39,730 nt of DNA, from positions 1 through 39,730 of the IMG/VR virus record IMGVR_UViG_3300016484_000140. One strand, written 5' to 3'. Numbering within the stretch: position 1 is the stretch's first letter; the number at the start of each line of letters is the position of its first letter. Made by a program: the position numbers and the translations under genes. This document shows positions 1-8,136 of this stretch, one piece after another. This DNA comes from a virus. Taxonomy: Duplodnaviria; Caudoviricetes. The notes beneath the pieces were generated by a model. The model was not told the DNA's origin, did not search any database, and saw nothing but the letters and a program-made list of their open reading frames with translations.

Positions 1-18
1 GGTGGCGGTGGCGGTGGT
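1..18. repeat. 18-nt end overlap, GGTGGCGGTGGCGGTGGT (also 39713-39730)
   Basis: Identical first and last 18 nt. The sequence is low complexity, but the reading frame and protein motif continuity support circularity. Confidence 0.7.
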
Positions 19-711
19 GCTGGCGGTTATAGAACTGCTAGCGGATTTGCCGTAAGTATTGGTAGCACTTATACAGTAACTGTCGGTGCTGGTGGCTCTG
101 CCGCACAAGGTAGTAATTCTGTTATGTCCACTATTACTTCAACTGGTGGCGGTAAAGGTTCTGACGCTAGTGCCGCTACAACTGGCGGTTCTGGTGGTTC
201 AGGTGGCGGCGGTAGCGGTTCTGGTGCTGGCGGTTCAGCAACATCAGGTCAAGGAAATAATGGTGGTTCTGCTGGCGGTTCGGGCGGTGCTGGTGGTGGT
301 GGTGGTGCTGGCGCAACAGGTACAAATTCAACTTCTGCTACTGGCGGTGCTGGTGGTTCAGGTTCTGCTTCTTCTATTACAGGAAGTTCTGTAACTCGTG
401 GCGGTGGTGGCGGTGGTGGCGGTTATCAAAGCGGTGACGCAGGTGGCGCGGCTGGTGCTGGCGGTGGCGGTGTAGGTGGTGGCGGCGCTAATTCATTTGC
501 TGGCGCAGGAACTGCTAATACAGGCGGTGGCGGTGGTGGACAACACGGAAATAATGGTAATAATGGCGCGTCAGGTGGTTCTGGTTTAGTTGTAATTCGT
601 TATTCAGATACATTAAATGCTTTAACTGCTACAACAGGTTCACCGACTATTACAACATCAGGCGGTTATAGAATTTATACTTGGACAGGAAGCGGAAGTT
701 TTACAGTATGA
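1..711 (+). CDS. Glycine-rich virion/fibre protein, 3' part (continues from 39569 across the circular junction)
   Basis: Frame 1 is open from nt 1 (GGGGGGAGGYRTASG...) to TGA 711. Poly-Gly tracts and the C-terminal TTGSPTITTSGGYRIYTWTGSGS motif are shared with paralogs at 708 and 1944. Confidence 0.8.
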   Translation, partial: GGGGGGAGGYRTASGFAVSIGSTYTVTVGAGGSAAQGSNSVMSTITSTGGGKGSDASAATTGGSGGSGGGGSGSGAGGSATSGQGNNGGSAGGSGGAGGGGGAGATGTNSTSATGGAGGSGSASSITGSSVTRGGGGGGGGYQSGDAGGAAGAGGGGVGGGGANSFAGAGTANTGGGGGGQHGNNGNNGASGGSGLVVIRYSDTLNALTATTGSPTITTSGGYRIYTWTGSGSFTV

Positions 712-1553
712 GTATCTCTAGCGCTAAAACAGGACTTATTCGTGACAATATGCTTGTTGGTAATACTGCCTATATCCCTTCACCTACTCTTGAAGTCGTG
801 GTTGTTGCTGGTGGCGGTGGAAGTTCTAATGATTTTTCTGGCGGTGGTGGCGCAGGTGGTTTGGTTTATCAAGCATCGCGCACTACAACCGCAGGAACTA
901 CTTATACCGTCACCGTAGGTGCTGGTGGCACAAACAGCACTAATCAAGGTTCAAATTCAATTTTTGACACAATTACTGCTATTGGCGGAGGGCGCGGCGG
1001 TTCTGGTGTTGCGCAAAGTGGTGGTTCTGGTGGTGGTGGAGGAAATGGAAACGCAGGTGGTTCAGCCACGCAAGGCAATTCTGGCGGCGGAACGGGATAT
1101 GGTAATAATGGTGGAGCCGCTCAAGCAGGTGGAAATAGCACGGGCGGAGGTGGTGGTGCAGGTGCGGTAGGACAAACAGCCCCAACATCAAATTCATCAG
1201 GTAATGGTGGTGCTGGCCGTCAATACTGGAATTCATCTAATGGTTCAGCCTTTTATGCAGGAGGTGGAGGCGGTGCAGGTTATACAGGAATTCCCGCTGG
1301 AACAGGTGGTAGTGGCGGTGGCGGTAACGGCGTTACTTCTGGTGTAGGAAATAATGGAACAGCCAATACTGGCGGCGGAGCCGGAGGTTCAAGTGTTTCC
1401 GCTACCGGTGCTACTGGCGGTTCAGGAATCGTTTTACTTAGATATTCAGATTCTTTTGCTTTAGCGACAAGCACAACTGGAAGCCCAACAGTTACGACAA
1501 CAGGCGGTTATAGGCTTTATACATTCACCGGTTCAGGTAGTATTACCTTCTAA
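708..1553 (+). CDS. Glycine-rich virion/fibre protein, paralog 2
   Basis: ATG 708 overlaps the upstream stop (ATGA) and is preferred over TTG 681. Contains MLVGNTAY, EVVVVAGGGG and TANTGGGAGG, plus the shared C-terminal motif. Confidence 0.8.
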   Translation: MSISSAKTGLIRDNMLVGNTAYIPSPTLEVVVVAGGGGSSNDFSGGGGAGGLVYQASRTTTAGTTYTVTVGAGGTNSTNQGSNSIFDTITAIGGGRGGSGVAQSGGSGGGGGNGNAGGSATQGNSGGGTGYGNNGGAAQAGGNSTGGGGGAGAVGQTAPTSNSSGNGGAGRQYWNSSNGSAFYAGGGGGAGYTGIPAGTGGSGGGGNGVTSGVGNNGTANTGGGAGGSSVSATGATGGSGIVLLRYSDSFALATSTTGSPTVTTTGGYRLYTFTGSGSITF

Positions 1554-1566
1554 ATAAGGAGAAACC

Positions 1567-1944
1567 ATGGCACATTTCGCACAACTAGATGAGAACAATG
1601 TAGTAACACAAGTAATCGTTGTTGCTAATCAAGAATTACTCCTTGACGGCGTAGAGAGTGAAGTCAAAGGTGTAATCTTTTGTAAGTCACTTTTCGGCGA
1701 AGATACTAAGTGGGTACAAACTTCCTACAATGCCACAATCCGCAAAAATTACGCTGGTATTGGATATTCATACGACAAAGATTTAGACGCGTTTATTCCG
1801 CCAAAACCTTTTGATTCATGGAACTTGAATGAAGATACCGCCCAATGGGAAGCGCCTACACCTTATCCAACAGACGGAAAAAAATATTACTGGTCAGAAG
1901 ATGATTTAACTTGGCTAGAGGTTCCAACATCTGAGGAAGCATAA
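1567..1944 (+). CDS. Conserved phage protein (MAHFAQLDENNVVTQVIVV type), typical neighbour of glycine-rich genes
   Basis: AAGGAG RBS; WVQTSYN..RKNYAGIGYSYD..DAFIPPKPF motif. Confidence 0.75.
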   Translation: MAHFAQLDENNVVTQVIVVANQELLLDGVESEVKGVIFCKSLFGEDTKWVQTSYNATIRKNYAGIGYSYDKDLDAFIPPKPFDSWNLNEDTAQWEAPTPYPTDGKKYYWSEDDLTWLEVPTSEEA

Positions 1945-2819
1945 TGGCTTGTATCAGTATCAAAAATAAAGTTATCAGCCGGAGTATGCTCGTAGGAAAT
2001 ACAGCCTACGACCCTACTCCGCCTTCTGTTGAATATTTAGTTGTTGCCGGTGGCGGTGGTGGCGGAAGTTCAACTGCTAGTGGCGGCGGTGGTGGTGCTG
2101 GCGGTTATAGAACCGCGTCCGGTTTGTCTGTAACTAAAGGCGTGTCTTACACAGTTACTATTGGAGCGGGTGGCACAACTTCCTCGGGTACGCGAGGAAC
2201 TCAAGGTGGTAATTCTGTATTTTCTTCAATCACCTCAACTGGAGGCGGTGGCGGTGGTGGTGGGAATGCTGGAGCGGAAACTGGCGGAAGTGGCGGTTCA
2301 GGCGGCGGTGGTCATGGAAATGGTATTTATTCAGGAGGTTCAGGTAATTCAGGTGGTTATTCACCGGTAGAAGGTTACGCTGGAGCCGCTTCTTTAATTG
2401 ACAATGGAGATTACGCCGGCGGCGGTGGTGGTGGAGCAAGTGCGGCCGCTACAAATGCTAATGGACAAACAGGAAATACAACATCTATTTCAGGTTCATC
2501 GTTAAGTTATGCCGGTGGTGGTGGTGGCGGAAGTCGTACTTCACTCACATATTCAGGCGGAACAGGTGGAGGCGGCAACGGCGCTAAAGCCAATTCAACT
2601 AGCGCGGTCGCTGGTACTGCCAATACTGGAGGCGGCGGTGGAGGTGGCGCTGGTAGCACAGGACAGGCTGTCGGTGCTTCAGGTGGTTCAGGTGTAGTAA
2701 TTATTCGTTATTCTGATACTTACAATCTTGCGACATCTACAACAGGTTCACCCACAATTACAACTTCCGGCGGTTACAGAATTTATCGTTGGACAGGAAG
2801 CGGTTCAATAACTTTTTAA
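1944..2819 (+). CDS. Glycine-rich virion/fibre protein, paralog 3
   Basis: SMLVGNTAY, VEYLVVAGGGGGG and the shared C-terminal motif; TAATG coupling. Confidence 0.8.
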   Translation: MACISIKNKVISRSMLVGNTAYDPTPPSVEYLVVAGGGGGGSSTASGGGGGAGGYRTASGLSVTKGVSYTVTIGAGGTTSSGTRGTQGGNSVFSSITSTGGGGGGGGNAGAETGGSGGSGGGGHGNGIYSGGSGNSGGYSPVEGYAGAASLIDNGDYAGGGGGGASAAATNANGQTGNTTSISGSSLSYAGGGGGGSRTSLTYSGGTGGGGNGAKANSTSAVAGTANTGGGGGGGAGSTGQAVGASGGSGVVIIRYSDTYNLATSTTGSPTITTSGGYRIYRWTGSGSITF

Positions 2820-2830
2820 GGAGTTAGCAA

Positions 2831-3931
2831 ATGACTACCACATATCGGTATTTATTTGCCGACCTTTTAACTAATGAAATTATTGCGGAACTTCCGCTAA
2901 CTGGTGTTTCATTTACTCAACAATTAAATCAGGCTGGTTCTTTTCAAGGGCATTTATTAACTAGCGCAATTAATACTTACGAATATAACGTTGATACGGC
3001 AACAGAACCAGGGCGTAATGCCATATATGTTGATAGAAATGGAACACTTATTTGGGGTGGCGTAATTTGGCAACGCGCATATAACAGTAATTCGCAAACG
3101 TTAAGTATTACAGCCAGAGAATTTGAAAGTTATTTTGAACATAGATTAATTACAACCACACAAGCATTTACTAATACCGACCAATTAGAAATAGCGCGTG
3201 ATTTAATTACAGCCGCACAAGCAGAAACAAACGGCGATATTGGCGTTATTGTTGGTTCAGAAACATCTGGCGTATTAATTGACCGCGTTTATTATGATTA
3301 TGAATTAAAAGGCGTATATGCGGCAATTCAAGATTTATCTCGTCAAGATGATGGTTTTGATTTTAATATTTCGGTTGATTATGACCCAATAACTAACGAA
3401 CCATTAAAAACGTTAGTGCTTGGTTATCCACGAACAGGAAATATTGATACTGGTATTGGTGATATTAATACGCCAGTATTTATATTTCCTGCTGGCAATA
3501 TTGTTGAATACGATTATCCCGAAGATGGCGCAATTATTGCTAATCAATTACACGTTGTAGGTGCTGGTTCAAACGAAGGTAAATTATCGGCTATTGCCAC
3601 AAATAGCACAAAAATTAGTCAAGGTTGGCCGTTATTACAAAGTCAAGCAAATTATTCAGATATAACCGACCAAAACGTTTTAAATGAATTAGCGGCTGGA
3701 CAAGTTGCGGTATTAGCCGCGCCACCGCCTATTATTAATATTGTTGTTCCTGCTTACGTTACGCCCGAATTTGGAACTTATGAAATAGGTGATGACGCTC
3801 GTTTAATAATTACAGATAATCGTTTTCCAACTGGTTTGGACGCCGTATATCGCATTGTAGGATTTAACGTTCAACCCGGTGAAAACGGACCCGAACGTGT
3901 AACAATTACATTAACTATTACTACAAATTGA
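2831..3931 (+). CDS. Minor tail/baseplate hub protein (ReqiPepy6 Gp37-like)
   Basis: Size, position before the lysis genes, and IWGGVIWQR / YEIGDDARL / YRIVGFNV motifs typical of actinophage minor tail proteins. Confidence 0.7.
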   Translation: MTTTYRYLFADLLTNEIIAELPLTGVSFTQQLNQAGSFQGHLLTSAINTYEYNVDTATEPGRNAIYVDRNGTLIWGGVIWQRAYNSNSQTLSITAREFESYFEHRLITTTQAFTNTDQLEIARDLITAAQAETNGDIGVIVGSETSGVLIDRVYYDYELKGVYAAIQDLSRQDDGFDFNISVDYDPITNEPLKTLVLGYPRTGNIDTGIGDINTPVFIFPAGNIVEYDYPEDGAIIANQLHVVGAGSNEGKLSAIATNSTKISQGWPLLQSQANYSDITDQNVLNELAAGQVAVLAAPPPIINIVVPAYVTPEFGTYEIGDDARLIITDNRFPTGLDAVYRIVGFNVQPGENGPERVTITLTITTN

Positions 3932-3937
3932 GACGTT

Positions 3938-4564
3938 ATGGCATATATAAATCAACCAGCAGATTTACGCGCATATTTTGCCGATATTGAAAACCGCTTA
4001 CGTAAATTAGAAACCGCGCAAAGATTTACTACACCTAACGTAGATTTCTCAACTAATACGCCTACTAATCCGCGTATAGGCGACCAATTTTTTGATACAG
4101 ACGCAGAATTAATTAAATATTGGAACGGAACTCAATGGGTGGAAATTGCGGATAATTTATATTCCACAAGTATTAACACTTTTAATACAACTATTCAAAG
4201 CACTAATAACAATATGGTTTATACAGGAACGCCGTGCGATATTGAAGTTCAACGTATCGGTAAAATGATTACCGCTAACGCAACCATTACTTGTACCAAT
4301 ATCTCAAACTTTGGAACTGGGCAAATTTATATTGATATGCCAGTAGGTATTCCTACGCGCTCGCATAATTTATCGGCTGGTGGTTATCTTGTTGATGGCG
4401 GCACAACTTATACAATATTTGGAACATTAGGCGCAAGTGCTAACAAAATGTATTTATGGCACCCAACCAGCAACGGCGGTTCGGATATTTTGGATTACAA
4501 TTCGCCAGCCGTGTTGGACACAACTTCGGTAATTAACATAACTGGCGTTGCTCTGTTAGCATAA
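3938..4564 (+). CDS. Minor tail/tail-tip protein
   Basis: N-terminal coiled coil (IENRLRKLE), PTNPRIGDQFFDT..YWNGTQW fibre motif, beta-rich C-terminus. Confidence 0.6.
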   Translation: MAYINQPADLRAYFADIENRLRKLETAQRFTTPNVDFSTNTPTNPRIGDQFFDTDAELIKYWNGTQWVEIADNLYSTSINTFNTTIQSTNNNMVYTGTPCDIEVQRIGKMITANATITCTNISNFGTGQIYIDMPVGIPTRSHNLSAGGYLVDGGTTYTIFGTLGASANKMYLWHPTSNGGSDILDYNSPAVLDTTSVINITGVALLA

Positions 4565-4568
4565 TGTT

Positions 4569-4784
4569 ATGACCGCAACTGAATGGGCTGGATTAGCCGT
4601 ATCCGTTACAACTTTAATGGGAGCATTATCGGTGGGTGTTCGTTTTCTTGTTAAACATTATCTTTCAGAATTAAAGCCTAATGGCGGTTCAAGTATTAAA
4701 GACAAAGTTTCAGATATTGATAAAAAGGTAGATAAACTGGAAGCACGTATTGACGAAATATATAAATTAATGGTGGCAAAATGA
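4569..4784 (+). CDS. Holin-like membrane protein (1 TM plus coiled coil)
   Basis: Hydrophobic N-terminus, ELKPNGGSSIKD motif, directly upstream of the endolysin. Confidence 0.6.
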   Translation: MTATEWAGLAVSVTTLMGALSVGVRFLVKHYLSELKPNGGSSIKDKVSDIDKKVDKLEARIDEIYKLMVAK

Positions 4785-5236
4785 ACGTTATAGATATTGC
4801 TAAACAAGAACTTAATTATCAAGAAGGCAAAAATAACAATACCAAATATGGTAAATGGTATGGATTAAACAATAATCCGTGGTGCGCTATGTTCGTATCG
4901 TGGTGTTTTGACCAAACAGGTGAAATTAAAAAAGTTGCCGCTAGTGGTAAAAAAGGTTTTGCTAGTTGCGCGGCTGGTCTTGCTTGGTTTGCTAAGAAAA
5001 ATAAACTTGTACCAGTTGGAGAAGCACAGGCTGGCGATATTGTATTTTTCCAATTTGATACTGACGCGGAACCAGACCACGTGGGTATTGTTATTAAGAA
5101 TAACACCAAATTAAAGCGGTTAGTTTGTATTGAAGGAAATACAGCCGCAGATAAATCTGGTTCACAAAGCAACGGCGATGGCGTATATGAAAAAAAGCGT
5201 TCATATTCGTTAGTAATGGCAGTTGCCAGACCATAG
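4781..5236 (+). CDS. Endolysin, CHAP-domain amidase/peptidase (catalytic domain only)
   Basis: PWCAMFVSW, AGDIVFF, DHVGIV and IEGNT motifs. Confidence 0.9.
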   Translation: MNVIDIAKQELNYQEGKNNNTKYGKWYGLNNNPWCAMFVSWCFDQTGEIKKVAASGKKGFASCAAGLAWFAKKNKLVPVGEAQAGDIVFFQFDTDAEPDHVGIVIKNNTKLKRLVCIEGNTAADKSGSQSNGDGVYEKKRSYSLVMAVARP

Positions 5237-5243
5237 GAGAAAT

Positions 5244-5486
5244 ATGAAAAAGTTATCAAATAAAGAAAAATTAATGCTTAAATCTGCCGCACGTCATTTT
5301 GTATTAGTAGCAATACCAGTATGGCAGGTTAGTAACGGCGATATTAAAGCGTTTGCTTACGGATTAGCCGCCGCAATTATTGGCCCAGCAATTCGCGGTC
5401 TTGACAAAAAAGACCCTGCGTGGGGTAAAGTCGCGGAGTGGTTGGAAACTGAATTAAAGAAGAAGACCACTAAAAAAACTAAATAA
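5244..5486 (+). CDS. Putative holin
   Basis: ATG 5244 with AGGAG RBS; two hydrophobic segments and a basic C-terminus; follows the lysin. Confidence 0.6.
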   Translation: MKKLSNKEKLMLKSAARHFVLVAIPVWQVSNGDIKAFAYGLAAAIIGPAIRGLDKKDPAWGKVAEWLETELKKKTTKKTK

Positions 5487-5492
5487 TAAATT

Positions 5493-5545
5493 GCCTTTAC
5501 CTAGCGATTAAGGGGAAGAATTGCTAGGTAAAGGTTTATTTTTTT
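5493..5545 (+). terminator. Intrinsic terminator ending the late/lysis transcript
   Basis: 17-bp stem GCCTTTACCTAGCGATT / AATTGCTAGGTAAAGGT (with G-U pairs) followed by TTATTTTTTT. Confidence 0.85.
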
Positions 5546-5569
5546 AGGTAAAGGTTAAGGCGTGTTCAA

Positions 5570-5606
5570 TTGTCTTTTATCTAATCTTGTCTGTATTCTT
5601 CTGCTA
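5570..5606 (+). promoter_or_regulatory. Sigma70-type promoter giving a leaderless mRNA
   Basis: TTGTCT (5570-5575), 18 nt, TATTCT (5594-5599), 6 nt, ATG 5606; no SD. Confidence 0.7.
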
Positions 5607-5845
5607 TGTCTTTAGAGAACTCTATTGAAGAATATCGTTATAAAGGTAATAATCTTTGCCCTTTTGCCAGATTAATAGACCAATTAAACGACGCTGATAA
5701 AAAAGCCCTTGACGCGGCTATCAATAAACGTTTACCAGATGTAACTCTTGCTTCGGCTTTACGTAAAGAAGGTTACAAAATTGCTGAAATTAGTATTTCT
5801 CAACATAGAAAAGGTTTATGTCGGTGTCGCCAGAGCAGCGAGTAA
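5606..5845 (+). CDS. Small hypothetical protein, possibly HTH/metal-binding
   Basis: C...H..CxC pattern, helical; leaderless start. Confidence 0.65.
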   Translation: MSLENSIEEYRYKGNNLCPFARLIDQLNDADKKALDAAINKRLPDVTLASALRKEGYKIAEISISQHRKGLCRCRQSSE

Positions 5846-6096
5846 AAGAAATACTAGAAGAACGCCAAATGTATCACGGCGATTTTTATTCAAACTTTAT
5901 TACCATAGGCAAAATATGGGGCGCATTGCTTGGTGTAGAACCTATTGAACCTTATAAAGTTGCGTTAATGATGGACGCATTTAAAACAGTAAGAGCGTTT
6001 AAAAATCCAGAACACGAAGATAACTGGTTGGACAAAATTGGATATACAACTCACGCACAAAGTTGTGCTTTCTATGACGTGGCAAAGAAAAAATGA
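5818..6096 (+). CDS. DUF6378-like protein
   Basis: ER..YHGDF..NF..I..IW / VALMM..K..R / HEDNWLD.IGY motifs. Confidence 0.75.
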   Translation: MSVSPEQRVKEILEERQMYHGDFYSNFITIGKIWGALLGVEPIEPYKVALMMDAFKTVRAFKNPEHEDNWLDKIGYTTHAQSCAFYDVAKKK

Positions 6097-7127
6097 CGTT
6101 AAAGAAACAACTGGAAGAAATACCTGACGAGGTAGCCAGTTCAGACGTAGTAGAACTACGCAAAGCATTAATACGAACACAAAAACAATTAAAAGAAGCC
6201 AAACAACGCACGGAAGAATTAGTTGAAGCAACTATTCAAGCCGCATTTGACGCTACGTTATCTATGGGCGAGATTAAAGAAGTTATTGCGCCTATTACCG
6301 ATAAACGCAAAATTAAATCGGAAGTTGCGCTATGGCATTTAACTGACTGGCAAGGTAGTAAAAAGACAACCACCTATAACAGCCAAATAATGCGCAAACG
6401 CGTAATGGAATTTGTAACTAAAGCAAAACGTATTACGGAAATTCAACGTGCTGACCACCCTGTTAAAGATGTAGTTATTATGTTTGGTGGCGATATGGTG
6501 GAAGGTTTATTTAATTATCCAGCGCAATTACACGAAATAGACGCAACGTTATTTGAACAATACGTAACAGTATCCAGATTAATTGTGGATACAGTTAGAG
6601 AAGCATTAGCAATATACGAAAAAGTATTAGTGGTGGCAGAGTGGGGAAATCACGGGCGTATCGGTAGCAAACGCGCAGATGTTCCACGTTCCGATAACGT
6701 GGACAGAATGTGCTACGAATTAGCGCGGCAATTGCTTGGAGATGAAAAAAGATTAACTTGGGCAGACTGCCCCGAAGACGTTCAACGTGTAGAAATTGGC
6801 AACTATCGGGCTTTATTAATACACGGAGATGAAGTTGGTCGTAATGGCTTTGCTTCACCAGCCGCAATTGTTCAACACGCTAATAGATGGCGTAGCGGTG
6901 CTTATCCGTGGGAATTTCGTGACGTATATATCGGTCATTATCATACGCACGCTTGTTGGCCAATGGCAAACGGATTAGGTTCGGTTTATCAAACTGGTAG
7001 CACGGAAAGCGATAATCGCTATGCCAGAGATTTATTAGCCGCAAGCGCAATACCTAGTCAGCGATTACATTTTATTGACCCCATTAAGGGCAGAGTTACT
7101 GCGGAATATAAGGTTTGGTTAGATTAG
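6093..7127 (+). CDS. Calcineurin-like metallophosphoesterase with N-terminal coiled coil
   Basis: TDWQ, GGDMVEG, WGNHG, IHGD and GHYH motifs in the canonical order. Confidence 0.85.
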   Translation: MTLKKQLEEIPDEVASSDVVELRKALIRTQKQLKEAKQRTEELVEATIQAAFDATLSMGEIKEVIAPITDKRKIKSEVALWHLTDWQGSKKTTTYNSQIMRKRVMEFVTKAKRITEIQRADHPVKDVVIMFGGDMVEGLFNYPAQLHEIDATLFEQYVTVSRLIVDTVREALAIYEKVLVVAEWGNHGRIGSKRADVPRSDNVDRMCYELARQLLGDEKRLTWADCPEDVQRVEIGNYRALLIHGDEVGRNGFASPAAIVQHANRWRSGAYPWEFRDVYIGHYHTHACWPMANGLGSVYQTGSTESDNRYARDLLAASAIPSQRLHFIDPIKGRVTAEYKVWLD

Positions 7128-7203
7128 GCAAATCGCCTGTTGCGTCATATTCGGGTGTTTCTAATGGGTGCGGTTCTTTACAATTACCGCAATTAAGGCA
7201 CAT
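7096..7203 (-). CDS. 35-aa Cys-rich microprotein (MCLNCGNCKEPHP...)
   Basis: ATG coupled (TAATG) to the stop of the 7203-7418 gene; below the ORF-track cutoff. Confidence 0.55.
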   Translation of the reverse strand: MCLNCGNCKEPHPLETPEYDATGDLPNLTKPYIPQ

Positions 7204-7418
7204 TAATCTTCTTCGTCATCATCACCATAATCGCTGGTGATAAGTCGCATATCAGAAATATCTACACCATTATTTTTTGCGGTAGTTAATGCTTCATTAA
7301 AAGTATTTAGACAACGGCTAGTAATATCGGAAACCATATCGGGGTATTGCGTATCAGTTCCGATGCTTACTTGTAATCCGCCACAACGGATTTCTACGTG
7401 CGTATAAACTCCAGCCAT
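7203..7418 (-). CDS. Small hypothetical protein with acidic tail
   Basis: 71 aa ending DYGDDDEED; has its own leaderless promoter. Confidence 0.7.
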   Translation of the reverse strand: MAGVYTHVEIRCGGLQVSIGTDTQYPDMVSDITSRCLNTFNEALTTAKNNGVDISDMRLITSDYGDDDEED

Positions 7419-7460
7419 ATCCGAACTTTACCGCCAGTTATTTAGTGCTACGCAAGACAC
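7419..7460 (-). promoter_or_regulatory. Leftward leaderless promoter with adjacent GACAC (WhiA-type) box
   Basis: Minus strand reads GTGTC-TTGCGT, 19 nt, TAAAGT, 6 nt, ATG. Confidence 0.6.
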
Positions 7461-7480
7461 CGCAAAACGGCGTGTAATTG

Positions 7481-7629
7481 CGTTTTAAAGCGTTAATGGG
7501 CGTTCTCATATCTCTATATGGGTTCAGACCCCAAAACGCCCCTAGCGACCCCTAGCGACGTTTTAAAGGGTCTTTTCACGAAGGGAAATGCCCCCTATGG
7601 GCTACTGCCCTTTGTAACGCTTCTCATAT
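7481..7629. repeat. Cluster of short repeats in the divergent promoter region
   Basis: CCCCTAGCGA tandem x2 (7539-7558); CGTTTTAAAG at 7481 and 7559; TTCTCATAT at 7503 and 7621. Confidence 0.65.
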
Positions 7630-7641
7630 ATTCTTCTCTTA
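7605..7641 (+). promoter_or_regulatory. Putative rightward early promoter, start near A7641
   Basis: TATTCT-TCTCTT-A (7629-7641) mirrors TATTCT-TCTGCT-A at 5594-5606; the -35 element is poor. Confidence 0.5.
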
Positions 7642-8040
7642 GTACAAACAACTGGATAAGTCGCCCGACAGTTCCGATAGGAAATCCAAGTTTCGTACCA
7701 GAACCTAGAAAATTAAATAGAGAAGGCAAGAATTAACCGAAAAGTTTTGGTAATTACTTTGGTTAATTTACACGTAGTTAGTAACAAGTAACAGAAATCC
7801 GTAACAGGTTTTACACATTACGGTAGTCACTTCGGGGTTTCCAACCGCAATACGTAATACGTTCCGTTACAAGTTATGGCCCACAAAATAAAGCGACGCT
7901 CAGTTCAGATATAGAACTCAACGAAGTATCCGCGAAGACCCGAAAGGCGAGCGAGTGACAGATACAACGCCAGCGCAACGTTAATAAAAGTGAAGGAACC
8001 GATAACGAACCAGCCTTATAAAAAGTTACCTAGGAATTAA
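7641..8040 (+). ncRNA. Candidate large structured non-coding RNA / leader, unclassified
   Basis: No credible ORF; multiple nested helices, a GAAA tetraloop and a 7-bp crossing pairing (see findings). Confidence 0.5.
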
Positions 8041-8111
8041 TCCGAAACCGCTTAACACTAAAAGTTAGGCGGTCTTACTAAGTGGCGATTAGTAACTGAT
8101 GAGGACAGCCA
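8041..8111 (+). ncRNA. Type II hammerhead ribozyme HH1, cleavage after C8074
   Basis: TCC-GAAA, stem III (CCGCTTAAC/GTTAGGCGG), TC, stem I (TTACTAA/TTAGTAA), CTGATGA-GGA. Loop I TGGC can pair with 3' GCCA as a pseudoknot. Confidence 0.92.
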
Positions 8112-8136
8112 ATTAACAGAAAGTTAGGGATAAAAA

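Noticed and set aside
86-2697. Alternative-frame Val-rich and antisense His/Pro-rich ORFs over the glycine-rich genes, and other nested antisense ORFs genome-wide
   Set aside because: Shadow frames of biased codon usage; no RBS or motifs.
7518-7736. 72-aa ORF in the track
   Set aside because: No RBS, crosses the repeat region and predicted promoter, no recognisable motif; likely spurious.
7861-7880. GTTACAAG, resembling a twister ribozyme loop
   Set aside because: The flanking P4 stem and pseudoknot partners were not found.
7650-8020. Superficial RNase P RNA resemblance (AGTCGC..AGGAAATCC, ACAGAAA, GAACC.GCCTTAT)
   Set aside because: The universally conserved P4 pairing cannot be formed between these segments; a covariance-model search would settle it.
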